A stretch of 64,000 nt of DNA from Vicugna vicugna. Its lineage: Eukaryota. The DNA is taken from positions 1,881,262 to 1,945,261 of the forward strand of contig MU061056.1 of NCBI GenBank assembly GCA_013265495.1, in the 5' to 3' direction. The position numbers and the translations under genes were made by a program. The notes under the pieces were generated by a model that saw nothing but the letters and a program-made list of their open reading frames with translations, was not told where the DNA came from and did not search any database. Position 1 is the stretch's first letter. Each line of letters opens with the position of its first letter. This document shows positions 12,460 through 26,022 of this stretch, one piece after another.

Positions 12460-15400
12460 AACAAACATTTTTGTAAAAGTCCTTTGTGGCCATATGTAGT
12501 CACTTCTCTTAGAATAATACCAGGAGTGGAATTTCTGGGTCATAGGGTAGGTGTGTGTTTAACCTTACGACAAATTCACGCTACTTCAGAGTCTTTGTCC
12601 CACTTCACATTCCTGCCAGAAATGTATGAGAATTCCATTTGTCCCAAACCTTCACCAACATTTGATATAATTAGTCTTCTGGGTTTTAGCTTTTCTTGTG
12701 ACCTCACTGTGGCTTTAATTTTCATTACTCTAATGATTAATGATTCAAGCATATTTTCATGGGCTTACTTGCCGTTCACAGATAGCTTTTTTTTTATTTT
12801 TTTGAAGGTGTCTATTTAAGTCACTTGCCCTTTAAGTGTGTTTGCGTGATTTGTGGGAGTTTTAAAAATATATTTTGGATATAAGACCTTTGTCAGATTT
12901 TACCTGTTATGTATACTTCCATTCAGCATGTGGCTTATTTCTTACTTGTGTCTTTTGATTAACTAGTGTTTTTTTATTTTGATGAAATCTAATTGGTCAG
13001 TCTTTTCTTTTTTATGGTTAGTACTTTCTCTGTTCTCTTTAAGAAATATTTGCCAACAAGTTTGAAAATTTGTATAGTTTTGTTTGTACATTTAGGTCTA
13101 TGATTATCTTGAATTAATTTTGTACCTGATTTGAGGTAGGGATGGAGATACATTTTATTCACATTTTTGTGTAATTATTCCACCACAATTTATTGAAAAA
13201 TAATTCTTTCCAAATAATTTCTTTCCAAATTGAGTTGCTTTGGAACATTAGTGAAAATCAGTTGATCATATTTGTCTATTTCTGAACTACTTGTTCTGTT
13301 TCATGGGTCAGTTTGTTTATCCTCACACCAGTACTACTCTGTCTTGAATATGACTTGAAATCATATAACATAAGTCCTCGATTAATTAGTCCTTAACTAG
13401 TTTAGACTCTTTACGTTTCCATCTATTTTAGAATTAACTAGTCAATTTCTACCAAAAAAAAAAAAATCCTGTTGGGATTTTGATTGAGATTGCACTGAGT
13501 CTGTGGATCAATTCGAAGAGATATGACTATTTTAACAATTTTGAGTCTTCCAATTCATGAACATGAGAATGCTCTCCTTTTATTTAGATCTTTTATTTTT
13601 TCATATTTTGTCCTCTTCAGTGTAGAGCTTTCACACATCTTTTAAGCTTACTCTTAAACATTTTGTCTTTTGATGCTGTTATAAACTAAATTTAAAATTT
13701 TCCACTTCCCATTTCATTATACACTGGCAGTATGTAGAAACACAATTGATGTTTTTATATGTTGACCTTGCATCCTGCAACCATTCAGATGTCTTTATTA
13801 TTTCTAGTAGGTGTTTTTCCCATAGATTCCTTCGTATTTTTATGTAAACAGTCTTTCTGTCTGTGAATATAGGATTTTACTTCTTTTCCAATCTCTGTGC
13901 CTTTTATGTCTTTCTCTTTCCTGCTGCACAGACTTGGACGACCTGAACAGTGTTGAGTAGAAGTGGTGGGAGCAGACATTTTTGCCTTGTCCCTGAGCTC
14001 AAAAGAAAACTGTTCAGTGTTTTATCATTAAGTATGATGCTAACTTCAGGCTTTTGTAGATGCCTTTTCAGACTTTTCTGTCTATTCCTTGTTTAAGAGT
14101 TTTTCTATAATGAATAGTTGTTGAATTTTGCCAAAAGCTTTTGTTCCTACACATATTGAAATGGTTATAAGGTCTTTCTTCCTTTTCTGATAATTTGGTG
14201 GATTAAATTGATCTTTTAAGTGCTAAACCTGTCTTTCATTTCTGGGATAAATCCCCATTTGGTTGTAATGTATGGCCATTTTATGTAATCCTGGATTTGA
14301 CTTGATAATATTTTCTTAATAAAACTTACTTAACTCTATCTTCTGGAGGCACATTGGTCTCTGATTTTATTTTCTTGAAATATTTTTGTCAGGTTTTAAT
14401 TATCAGGGTATTGCTGTTCTCTTTAAATGAGCCGGAATGTATTTAAGTATTTCCTCTTCCCCTCTTTTCTTAAATAACAGTGTAGATTTATTTATCTATA
14501 AAATTTTGATTAGAATTCACTAGAGAATCCATCTTGGCTTGGAGTTTTCTTAGTGGAGAGGTTTTTAATTATGAATTTAATTCTTCAAGAGATACAGAGT
14601 TATTCACATGTTTCTTTTTCTTATGTTAGTCTTGATAAATTGAGTTTTTCACCACTTTTACTTCATCTAAGTTGTCAAGCATTTTCCCACAAACGTTTAT
14701 AATATTCCTTTATTATCCTTTAAATTTCTATATGAACTATGACCATATTCCTTCTGTCATTCCTTATATTGGTGATTTGTGTTTTCAAATTTTTTTCTTG
14801 ATCAGTTTTCTGAGATCATTGCTTTCATTAGTCTTCTCAAAGTACCAACTTTTGATTTGTTCATTTTCTTTATTTTTTGTCTGTTTTTAATTGGATTTTT
14901 GCTCTTATTTTTACTATTTCTTTAATTCTTACTTTGGTTTCAATTTGATCTTCTTTCTCCAGATACTTGAAGCAGTAATTTACATTATTAGCTTTGAAAC
15001 TTTCTTCTTTTCCAAGTATTTTAAATGCTGCAATTTTCCCTGGAGTCACTGCTTTCGCTGCATTTCACAAATTGTTATTCATGACATTTTCGTTGTCATT
15101 TTCTTGCAAATATTGTCTGATTTCCTTGATGATTCCTTTTCACCAGGCATTACTTACAAGCATGTTGTTTCCATTCCAAATACTTGGGGATCTTTCTAGA
15201 TCTCTTTTCCTTGTGGATTTCTAATTTAATTCCACTGTCATTAAAGACAGTTTTTGTGAGATTTCTGTCCTTTGAAATTTATTGAGAAGAGACGTTTTGT
15301 TTTTTAGCCCAGCATCAGCGTAAGGTCTATCTTGGTGAATGTTCTAAGTGCTCTGGAAAGAAATACAAACTATGAAGTTTGAGGATATGTTATTATATAA

Positions 15401-16262
15401 CTTTTAATTTATTCAATTTGATTTCTTAGGTGGTTGAAATCTTCTTTATCCTAACAACTTTTTGTCTACTAATTTTGTAAAATACTGACAGAGAGGTGTT
15501 GTTAAAAATCTCTGAGAATGTGGATGTATCACTTTCTTTCTTTAATCCTGTCAACATTTGCTTTATGCATTTTTGAAGCTCTGTTATTAGGTGCGTACAC
15601 GTATACCTGTGTTGGGGTTGATACAAGTTCCTAGTGAATTAACTATTTTATCATTAGGAAATAGCCCTCTTTTAATCTAGCAATACTCCTCACATCTTTG
15701 TCTAATACTAATCAGGCCACATCACCCAACTTTCACCTGTTGTTTTCATGGTATTTCCTTTTCTAGTCTTTTGCTTTTAGGATGCCTGTATCTCATAATG
15801 AAGTGAATTTCTTGAGATGGTGTATTTTCAGTTCTTGGATTTTGTCTGGTCTACCTTAGAATCAGAATTTTTAGCTCATTACATTTCATATAGTTAACAT
15901 TGTAGTTTGAGTCTTCAACTTTGCTGTTTATTGGATTTTGGCTTTCATTCCTCTGTTTCCCCTTCCTGCTTTCTTTTGGGGTTAGTCAGTTTTTTTAATT
16001 TTTATTTTTTCAGTATACGTTTTAACTCCTCAGTTCAGGATTTTTTTGTTGTACCTAATGTGATGGTTAAAGTATGCAGTCTTATCACAGTTTACTTCAT
16101 ACACTTCCTATATTTTAAAACCTTGTAACAGTATAATTATACTTGTTCCCTCATTCTTGTGCTATTTTTATCATACATTTTAATTCTACACACATTGACA
16201 CTGCAATATATATATATATTTTTTTTTCTTTAAATAGTCAGTTGTTTAAAAAAAAAACTAAG

Positions 16263-16690
16263 TATATTAGTTTGCTAGTGTTGCTGTAACAAAGGAGGAA
16301 CTGAATGGCTTAAACAGCCAAAGTGTATTGTCTCACAGTTCTGGAGGCCAGGAGTCCCAGATCAAGGTGTCAGCAGGCCATGCCCCCTCTGAAGCAGGCA
16401 CTAAGGAAAGCTCTGATCCAGGCCTGACTCCTAACTTCTCGTACTTCCTTGGCTTGTGGCAGCATAACTCCAGTCTTGATGCAGCATCCTTCCTGTATCC
16501 ATGTCCCTGTGTCTAAATTCCTCCTTTTTATTAGGACATCAGGCATAGTGAATTAGGATCCACCCTAATGAACTCATCTTAACATGACTATGTCTGCAAA
16601 GACCCTATTTCCAAATACAGCCCCAGTCACAGGTACTGGGGACTAGGGTGGCAGTGTATGAATTTGGGAGACACAGTTCAACCCACAATA
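16263..16690 (-). mobile_element. MLT1 (MaLR) solo LTR inserted in the L1
   Basis: tatattagtttgctagtgttgctgtaacaaag; tctcacagttctggaggccaggagtcccagatcaaggtgtcagcagg; gcaaagaccctatttccaaata; gggagacacagttcaacccacaata. Perfect 5-bp TSD ctaag at 16258-16262 and 16691-16695. Confidence 0.92.
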
Positions 16691-17057
16691 CTAAGAAAGG
16701 GGGGGGAATATATATATTCCTGTATATTTACAATTTCCCACGTTCTTCATTCCTTCCCATAGAGCAAGTTTCCATCTGGTATCATTTCCCTTCAGCCTGA
16801 AGATATTTTTGTAGCATTTCTGGCAGTGCAGGTTTTGCTAGTGACAAATTTTCTCAGCTTTCATTTATCTGAACATCTTTATTTAAATCTATTTAAAGGC
16901 TACTTTTTACTGGACACAGAATCCTGGCTCGGTAGGCTTTCCTCCATCACTTCGAAGGTGTCACTTCTGGCCTCCACTGTTTCTGATGTGAAGGTGGCCA
17001 TCACTCATACTGTTACTCTTTCATCTCAAGATCGCTCAGCTTAGCACTTTTATACGT

Positions 17058-17250
17058 TAAGCCCATACAACTCTTTGTGGTAGGCGGCTTTCCTGTGCAT
17101 CATTGCATGTTTAGCAGCACCTCTGGCCTCTACCAACGAGTTGCCACCCCCACCTCCAGGGTGAAAGTCAGATGTGTCTCCAGGTGCCTCAAATACCCTG
17201 TTCAGCTTTATTGTTGCTTATGGTGGGAGAGCCTGTCCAGTGACAATGAT
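17058..17250 (+). mobile_element. MER20 (hAT-Charlie DNA transposon) fragment
   Basis: ctctttgtggtaggcggctttcctgtgcatcattgcatgtttagcagcacctctggcctctacc matches the MER20 core (tcctgtgcattgtaggatgtttagcagcatccctggcctctacc). Confidence 0.8.
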
Positions 17251-18762
17251 TCCTTGATGGCCACGTGTAGGAGATATTCTGGTTTGCCATCATGTTTAAT
17301 GAGAGACAAAACAATTGCACTGAATCTCTGTTTTTATTTTAGTAGAGTTAAAGGAAATGCCATCATCTTCAAGTCTAGCCAAATAAAATATCCCCCTAGT
17401 GTCTTCTAAGGTGAACACATCTCCTGGTTTTCCTAACATAGTACCAGTCAATGCCTATTCTTGATCGCGCCTCCTTTCGCTCTCAAAAATATTCTAATTT
17501 TGGCAATAAGCTGCCTGGCTGCCCTATGTGTAAATATTAATAATAATGATTTTCAGTGTGAGAACCCTGTCTAATCCAACTTTGTCTTCACTCCACAATC
17601 ATTTTTAGTATTCACTTTACCTCTTCAAAATGTAATACTTTTATTTCTTTTTAGTGATAACGTATTATTTTTTTAACCAGTGTGTGACTTTGCATACAAC
17701 CAATCTCTTTGTTTGTTAGTGCTTTGAAGTAAGTTTCACACGGGTCAAAATGTGTTTTAAGAAATAAGCTGCATAAGACAAAACAGTTTTATTAGGATAG
17801 TTCTCACATAGGAACAGTGTGTCTGATTTACTCATAGACTTCTCTTTGCTTTAGAAGATTTTTATTGTCAGGAGTCAGCAGATTGCTCTCCCTCGCTGTA
17901 GTTGGTTGGATTACCTCCATGGACTCGGGCCAGAGCCCTGTCTTGATGCAAGTGTGACAATGGACGGAGGCAATGATGTATTATTGGGAGGAAGAGTTAA
18001 GATGTGTTCTTACATCTTAAATGTCTCTTCTCGGTTCCCCTGACAGTCATTTACGTTTTAGCTATTATGACCTGGCTTTCCAAAAAACACCCTCCAGAAA
18101 AAGACACGTATGCGGAGAAAGATGTCCTGTATTTCCTTACATTTGGAAAAGCATGAGGTACTTAAGTAAAACAGTTTTTGAGGGTTAATGGGGTATCTCT
18201 GCCATGAATAGAATTCCTCTGATTTAAGGGTATCTTGTTCTCTGGGACTGCGTTTCTGGCCATGGACTCAATGCCTCGATAGCTTAGTCAACATGATGCA
18301 AGGCAGATACTCCTGATCATTCTTTATTTCCTTTGAATATACACCTAGTTAATGCAAACTGACAGCTTGAAGAGTTACCCAGTTATTTTTCAATCACCAA
18401 GTTGTATATCATTTTGAAGATGGCAGTAAATGTTGAACTTTCAAATCTTATGCAAATATGTTGTATTTCCGTTTATCTCCTGTTCAGCAATGTATTATTT
18501 TTATGTTTTCATATTGAAAACTATTCACTACCTATATAGTGTCAGACTTGTGCCTACAATGAAATATAGAGAACACCTTTCATTAAGTGGAAGGTTTCCT
18601 ATCATGATCGTCCTTATAGAAGATCTACACTGTTAGTCAGAGGGGCTTATTCGGTGAGAGTAGCAGCTTGGGTCCTGTAATATGTTTCCTCTGTTTTAAA
18701 ACATCCCAAAGAATGCTGTCAGCTCCAAGTTTCTATACCTAGTAGCTCCTAAATCAGATCAG

Positions 18763-18910
18763 NNNNNNNNNNNNNNNNNNNNNNNNNNNNNNNNNNNNNN
18801 NNNNNNNNNNNNNNNNNNNNNNNNNNNNNNNNNNNNNNNNNNNNNNNNNNNNNNNNNNNNNNNNNNNNNNNNNNNNNNNNNNNNNNNNNNNNNNNNNNNN
18901 NNNNNNNNNN
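18763..18910. other. Assembly gap (148 N)
   Basis: Run of n. Confidence 0.99.
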
Positions 18911-19719
18911 TGTGATTTAAAGCCCTTAAAACTTCTGCTTGAAATGCATGTTTTGTTAACAACATTAGCTATGCAGAGTATCTTAAACAGAATTTTGATG
19001 TCTTTATTAATAGCATTTAAAAGTTTCAGGATTTCAGATATTCATGGATCTTAGTCTCCTTGATTTACAAGGTCATGTACTTTCGACCTTTACATTTCTC
19101 CTTTTGGAAATAATTGGAATCGTGAAGGAAAGTGGCAAAAGAAAGAAAGAATTGCATTATTAGCAATAATGCTACATTTCTAAGATTTACTGGAAAAACA
19201 TATTTTACATAGAATATATAAATAACTGTAAATAACAATAAACACTCCAAACCCAACCTGTTATATGTAAATCCCTTGCCTGTGAGCCGTGTGAAATACA
19301 AAGATCTTGTCTTCCAGAAGCTTGTAATCTAGTTCGATAACTAAAAATATAGTCTGTGGAAGAAGTGGTAGACTTAAGTGCTGTTGGGACTTAGAAGAGC
19401 AAAAATAGTTTTTTCTTCCTCTAAGACTTTACAGCTGAAGTGGGATTTGACTTAAGGAATGGAAGTAATACATAATAGTAATCCATGATGAAAATGCTAT
19501 TGAATAGTAACAAATTAAAATACAGCATATTTTTTATTGACTCCAAGCAACTGAAATTGTATATAAAAAAATGGTGAAAATATGATGTCAGCCAATTAGA
19601 GCAGATGATTGCCTTTTTTATAGCTTTCTTTGGACCCATACTAAGTGATAAAATGAGAAGTACTGAAGCTCTGTGTTCATTAGTATTTTATTTAGTTTTT
19701 CATATTTAGTTCTACCTGT

Positions 19720-20213
19720 TCTATCCGTCAGCATTTATGTCCATCCACAAGTAAGAGATTGCCAAAACATTGTGATTTAAACACACAGGGATTTATGTTC
19801 TCAACTAAAGCAAGTCCCAGGTTATAGCAGCTCCACGTTGTCATCAGGGCTTTTCCTCACCCTTCGCTATTCCATCCTGTGGTATTGAATCTGGTCCAAG
19901 GGAGCTGCTGGAGCTCCAGTCATCACATCTCTCTTCCAGGCCTGCAGGGAGTGGGAGGGGCAAAGAAGAATGCCAGCCCTGCCTTTAAGGAAGCTTCAAG
20001 GAAGAACTACACTTCACTTTGCTTATATATCAGTGAACAAAAGATAGAGAAATAAGCAAATCTCTGCAGAGAGGTTAGGGATGAAGTTGTCTAGATGGGT
20101 TCATGAGTGCTCAGACCAAAGTTGGGCGGTGGGGGGGTTGTTTGTTTCTTTGTTTTGCTGTGGAGCGGAAGGAGATTTTGAAGGCTAGAGTAGGCAAATA
20201 GCAGTTTTTGTCA
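19720..20213 (-). mobile_element. Old MLT1 (J/K/L-type) solo LTR
   Basis: gtgatttaaacacacagggatttatgttctca; gctgctggagctccagtcatcacatctctcttccagg; cctttaaggaagcttc; ends ggcaaatagcagtttttgtca. All resemble antisense MLT1J/K motifs. Confidence 0.7.
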
Positions 20214-23200
20214 TTCCTACTCGGCATTTTTCATGTCCATGGTGCAAACTGTGGCATTACTAAGTTGAAGTGAGCCTGGCTGACGTCACATCCTTCTGTA
20301 AGGGATATTGCTTACTGGGTTACTATTCTGGGTATCACTCAGTCCAGTTACTCAATTATATGAAGACTGTGAAAAATTTCATTGGCAATGACTCACCTAG
20401 AATGAGAATGAGAATGGTGAATCTCTGACTGTGTGATTAACTTATGCAAGTGTATATGTCACTGGATTGGATGGAAGGAGAGGTAGATGGGTATATATTC
20501 AGATAACAGGTTGTACAGTTAGGCTGATAGAAAAGTACAAAGAGGAAAGGGGCTGAGAGGGCGGGGGGAGACAAGGAGAAGAGGAGAGGAACAAAACCTA
20601 AGCTACGGAATTGGAGAGAATTCTGAGCCGGACACTAAGGACATTCTGGTCTATTCAAAATATACATGTCTCTGTTTTGACCCGTTTTGCTGATCATTTC
20701 CTCAGGGCAGCACAGCATTCCGCTTTGGGATGCTGTTTTGCGTAAGATCCTTACTATTAGGCGTAGATGATCCTTTATTTCCACGTTTGTAAATGCGGAG
20801 AGTTTACTTCCGCTACAGTCCTGGGGAAGCTTTCTTCCTCACTTGTTTCCTAACAAGGGGATAGCTCTGTCTATGGGTCTCCTCTGAGTACTTTTCTCTG
20901 TGGCTGTGCCTTCTAAGTCACCAGGGTCACCTCTCTCGTCGCAGGCTGCGTTTCCCATCGCCCCGGCCGAAGGTCTACTCCCTTTTCAGTTAATAACCAG
21001 CTCCTCACTCAGTCTTAAATGAAAACAGGACAGCTGTATCGGGCAGCTCCGTGGTACTATGTATGTTATCCCACTAAATATCTCTCTGCGTGGAAGAGCA
21101 AGACTTCCTGTTTGACTATTACATGTGACTATTACATTACATTAAATATGTGGGCCAGGCTACTGAAATCAACACTTGTCTAGCGACCTAAATTCAGAAA
21201 GCAGTATTCAGTACAGTTTGTACAATGAGCCACTGTCTTGGTACCTCACAGACAAAAACGAAAAATTCTCTGAGGCATTTTCAGTGAAAGAGATTACCTC
21301 CAACCACATTCAGAATGTTTTCAATGAGCCCCTTTGGTGGTTTTGATGAATGAATGTTCCCCAGTTCTCCCAGCAATATGACAGTCTCCTAGAAATTAGG
21401 TAGAGAAAGAAGACAGAACAGTAGTGAAGGGAATTTGCTGCCCACTTAGGAAGCAAGGTGCCAGGTTACCAGCACAGCTCATAACCGTGATCATGGGAAT
21501 GCATTTAATATCTGCAGGACCGCTGACATCGGTGAAGACACTGTTGTTCAGTTTCAGTGCCCGGCAATAGCGATAGTTAACGCGATACATTTTACTTTTT
21601 GTTTAACATACCCTATGCTCATCTAATTCATTTGGCACCGGCGCTCACTGCGTAGAAACCCCAGATGTGACTCCTATGCTGTTGAGTATTTCAATCCCTC
21701 TTATAAAATTAGTAGACACACTCGTGGCACTTCATTGATTGCACTTTCCAAAAAGTGATCTGTCTAATATCGGCACCTTCAGTGCACGTACTGAAGTTAA
21801 GGGAAAAAAAATATGGAGTTTTTTTTTTTCTATGTTCAGATTGGATTTTAAAAATAAAATAAGGTGAACTGCTTTTTAGTGTATCTAAGTTAATTTTTCA
21901 AATTCAACTCTTGCATAATTCAATGGGGATGGGATAAATATTATGGGATTTTCATTTGCATTGCCCTTCCTCTTCTCTGAAATAATTTATTATAATTTTC
22001 ATGAGACTTCATAATATTATTCATTCGCTTCATAATTGAAACGTTGTTAAACGCTGCCTCCTGTTGATTCCTGACCTATACCAGCCAAAGGCACCTTCCT
22101 CTACTTCTTTCGTATCCAACTTAGGAAGTTAGCAAGTTTGATATCCAAGGATAACCTACATCGATGATTCCAGTCTTATTTATTTATAAAATGGAGATGA
22201 AAGTCCTGGCTTCTTAGAAATAGATGGCCAATTAACCAACTGATATGATTTAAAATGTCAAATATTATGCAAATAAGAATTGTTACAGAGAAGGTGTATA
22301 AAAGCAACAAGAGACATTGGGGAATTAAAATGGGATCATAATTTCATCAATAGCAACTAGTTTGTCATTTTGACTGGCATAAAAGATTATTTAAAGATAA
22401 GCAGTGACAACTTAACCGTATTCAAATTTACTGACCAATTTTTAGTAAAATCGCAGAAGGAAAAGTAGCAACACAAGGTCACAGAATGTCAGGGAGATTG
22501 TCAGTGACTTAGAACAGTTCTGGACCTTAGTAGGTGTCAAGTAAATATTTATTTAACAAGATCTGTCTTCTAGACTTTGAAAACAGATTAGGGAAAAAAA
22601 TGTATCCTTTCTTCAGTAAAGATTCATATAAACTCAGAAGGGAGTTCCAATTTGCCTGGTAAATGACAAGTCCTATATCTTTTGAGAAAATCAGGAAAAT
22701 TTACAAAGCATTGAGCACATCACCTTTTAAGGCCACCTAACTCCCAGCTCCAGCCCAAGTGGGTCTAATAAAAGCCTAATAAAGTCAGATCAATACTTTT
22801 GTCCCTGAAATATCAGTCCTGTTTTATCTGTTTCATCTTACCATTCTATTATTTTACCCAAGCTAATTTGGGTTGTAATGAGAATAACTCATTGAGCTAG
22901 TATTTTAAAAAATCGCCTCTGACTGAAAGTTAGGATTCTTGGGGAAATCTCAAGCGTGAAATTGTCCATCCTCGTTCTTCATGTTGTAGGGACAATTTGG
23001 CTCTACTTCTGCTCCACATCCCGAGGAGGATGTCTTCCCTGACCACCTGTCTAAAACGGTAGCACAATTTAGGATACTGTTTCGGGGTATGGAATGTAAA
23101 AAATCGTTCATCCATAGAGACAGGTCTGACGATTCAATCGGTGATGTTACTTCTCACCAGTTTTCTAAACTGGACACAAATAAAATGAAGGAAACTTGGT

Positions 23201-24399
23201 AGAAGTAATAAACAGAGAAAAGGAAACAAGAAATTGAAAGAGAGTAAGTTTAAATGCATTAATCCAGAAGAGACAGGAGGGACACGAATAAATGTATTAT
23301 TCTAGGGAAAGGTGATATTAGAAGTCAGAAAGAGGGTAATGTTTACCGACCACATACTACGTATGAAGCATTATTCTAGGTTCTGAAATATAACCCTTGG
23401 TCTCAAATTTTTGACACCCTGAGCTTATTTTGCTTTGCTTTTGTTAGCTTTAGTAGCACATATTAAAATGATGCCAATAGAACTAGAACTGTGTCCCCTG
23501 CAGACTCGTAGAACTGAGACCCAGACAACGCCAGAAACTTACTATCAGATGTTAACTTTGGGGCTGCCTCAGTTTTCTAACTTCGGCAGCCAAATGAAGT
23601 GATTGCAGGAACTGTAACACATAAACGAAACGACTAATATATTCATCTCCTTGCTGGACATCTGGACCATAAAATTAGCCTGATTTTTAGCTTCAGGCTC
23701 TTGATGACATTCTTCCCAATTAGAATTACTATCTTTTAAATTATTCCTCACATTCGTGTAACTTCTATGATTTCGTAGACTTTTGATTGAAGGGAAAATA
23801 TGCACACAGTACAGAAAGTCAAAAATTGCAGGGTGAAAATCCTCTAGTGTAATTTTGAGTTAATTCCGGAAGTTCAAGGTTTTAGTTGAAAGCGCATATG
23901 TTTTCAAGGACTTCCGCAGTCCCCCTGTTTGCCTGCAGAGTTAAGGCTGCAACACCCTGGCTCTCCGGGCTCTGACTTCATTATGAGGAAACCCTTTGTA
24001 GAGGGCATCTGCTGTATTCTAATAATAAACTTTAGGGGAGGTACAGAATCAGAATGAGAAGCAAATGGATTAATTATTCCTCTACATGGGACCTGGGAAT
24101 TCATTCATTACGTTTGTTCCTCATCACTCCGTGTACTCTTGGGCTTCTGCAGAAGAGAAATGTTAAATGAGAAATGAAAGGGGGGAGCTTTTATTTTGTC
24201 AGTGTTGGAATTCGAATTTAAGTATTCCAGAACAAAGAAACAGTCCTAACCCTGAGGCCTGTACCTGGTCTGTCACCTGTGGCCCTCTTCTTGGAACTGG
24301 AGTCTGAAAATTCATAGAATATGGTGTCCATTCTCAAGAACATCATCCTCCAGCTAGAAAAACAAGGGTGAGAAGAAAACACCTGGGTTAGAATCCTGA

Positions 24400-24515
24400 C
24401 TTTGCTCCGAGGTAGTGCTATCACCTTGGAGACTTAGCATCGAAGACTTCATTTGTCAAATTAGAGGGCTAGAACCAATGATTTCTAAGTTCTCCTCTGC
24501 TTCTAAAATTTTATA
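24400..24515 (+). mobile_element. MIR/MIR3 SINE fragment
   Basis: accttggagacttagc; ttcatttgtcaaattagagggctagaaccaatgatttctaagttctcctctgcttctaaaatt (core and MIR3-type tail). Confidence 0.6.
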
Positions 24516-25640
24516 TTCCCATATTATTATAGATTTCTGTTGTTGAAAAGGGCTTAGAGATGATTTCATAATTCACTCACCCAGTCCAACACGTTCTTCC
24601 AAATTGGTCCAAAAAGTGGGTAACAGTTGAAAATGGCAGGTGTGGCTTAAGTCATGAACATAGAGATAACTGCCTAAAATAGCAAAATGAATGAACTCTC
24701 AAAAGGTGTGATTAAGAGAAGCAGAGAAACGGTATGAAATGGTTCCAAAACAACCAACAAAGTCAAATCAACTGTCTTGCAAATTGTTAATCAGCGAATT
24801 TTGGCTTGTGATCTTGGGTCTTTTTAGAAAACATACGCATATTTATTCCTGCGGATTTTGGCCCTGTTCAAGGTTGTGGCTCGTGTTGTGTTTCATTTTG
24901 TGTTTGTGAGCTGTTATGCTTATTGAATATTATCTTTTTCACAAGTGGCCTTGTACTAAGAACGTGTATGAGTATGTTGAGTTGAAGAGTGTGGTTCCTC
25001 AGCTCATCCAGACCATCCATGTGAGGCATGTTCTGCGAGCGTAATGAGCATACTCATATTGCTGAATCCCATGCCATGGGTCAAGCTATTTTTTCCTTGT
25101 GATTTTTTTTTTAAACCAAGAATTTGAGACCACATCCAATTTTTCGTAAAACCTACAGTGAAATAATAAAACTGTAAATGCGATCGGAGCCTGGTACAGG
25201 GACAAGCAGGGTCTAGGTATGTCAGTCACAGGCCGAGTCCAGATTCTGTCTGCGCTTTCTGGTAGCCGGAGGAAATACAGAGAAACACGGTCAGTTATAA
25301 GATTCTCGTCAATGGATAGGAGGAATCATGCTGCTTCCTCAGGGGAGAGGACACGTTTTGATAAACACATTAAACTGTTGTGTCCTCCAGACAAAATCCT
25401 GTGGAACTGCTCTCATTATTTACACTGAATTCCAGGTGAATTGATTATTTTTCACGGCATACTGATAGGTGTATCTACCAACTGGACATCACGCACAACT
25501 TTGCTTCCCAGATAACCAAGCAGTTACCTGGCAAGCCCAGTTCATTCCAAGTCTCCTCACTTGAACATAGAGATAACAAGGTTAAAACTGACTGACTGTA
25601 ATTTTGACTAAGCATTGTCCCTTTAATTTGACTTTCAATG

Positions 25641-26022
25641 TTTAAAAATTTTTATTATGATAAAATATACATAATGTTAAAAGTACCATTTTAACCATTT
25701 CTAAGTGTACAATACAGTGACATTACATTCACAGCCTTGTGTAACCATCACCCCTATTTCTGGAATTTTTTCATCACCCCAAACAGAAACTCTGTACCCA
25801 CTGACTGTGCCTTCCTGTTCCTCCTCTCCCCTCTAGGAACGTACATTCTGCTTTCTGTCTCTCTGCATGTCCTATTGTATGTACCTCATATAAATGGAAT
25901 CATGGAGTACTTGTTCTCTTGTGTCTGGCATATTTCACTTATAATTTTTTCAGGGTTCATCCATGTGGTAGCACATATCAGAATTTTGTTTCTTTTTATG
26001 TTTGAATCATACTGCACTGTAT
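25641..26022 (-). mobile_element. L1MB-type 3' end fragment
   Basis: taccattttaaccatttctaagtgtacaatacagtgacatt; ttcatcaccccaaacagaaactctgtacc; acctcatataaatggaatcat; ttcagggttcatccatgtggtagca. Confidence 0.88.

Larger units (their letters stand above)
11970..17040 (-). mobile_element. ~5 kb degenerate L1 (L1MB/L1MC-type), with nested SINE and MLT1 LTR
   Basis: Co-linear antisense L1: 3' UTR (caaccactgttctgatttcta; ggagtggaatttctgggtcatagggtag), T-rich ORF2 body, endonuclease region (ttgctttatgcatttttgaagctctgttattaggtgcgtacac ~15560) and ORF1-end/inter-ORF region (ctagtgacaaattttctcagctttcatttatctgaa ~16840). No intact ORF. Confidence 0.9.

Noticed and set aside
21113-21137. Short direct repeats (tgactattacat x2; tcttggatttttct x2 at 27943-27976)
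   Set aside because: Two-copy slippage duplications, not arrays.
23581-23590. cttcggcagc, as in the U6 snRNA 5' end
   Set aside because: Only 10 nt; flanks do not match U6.
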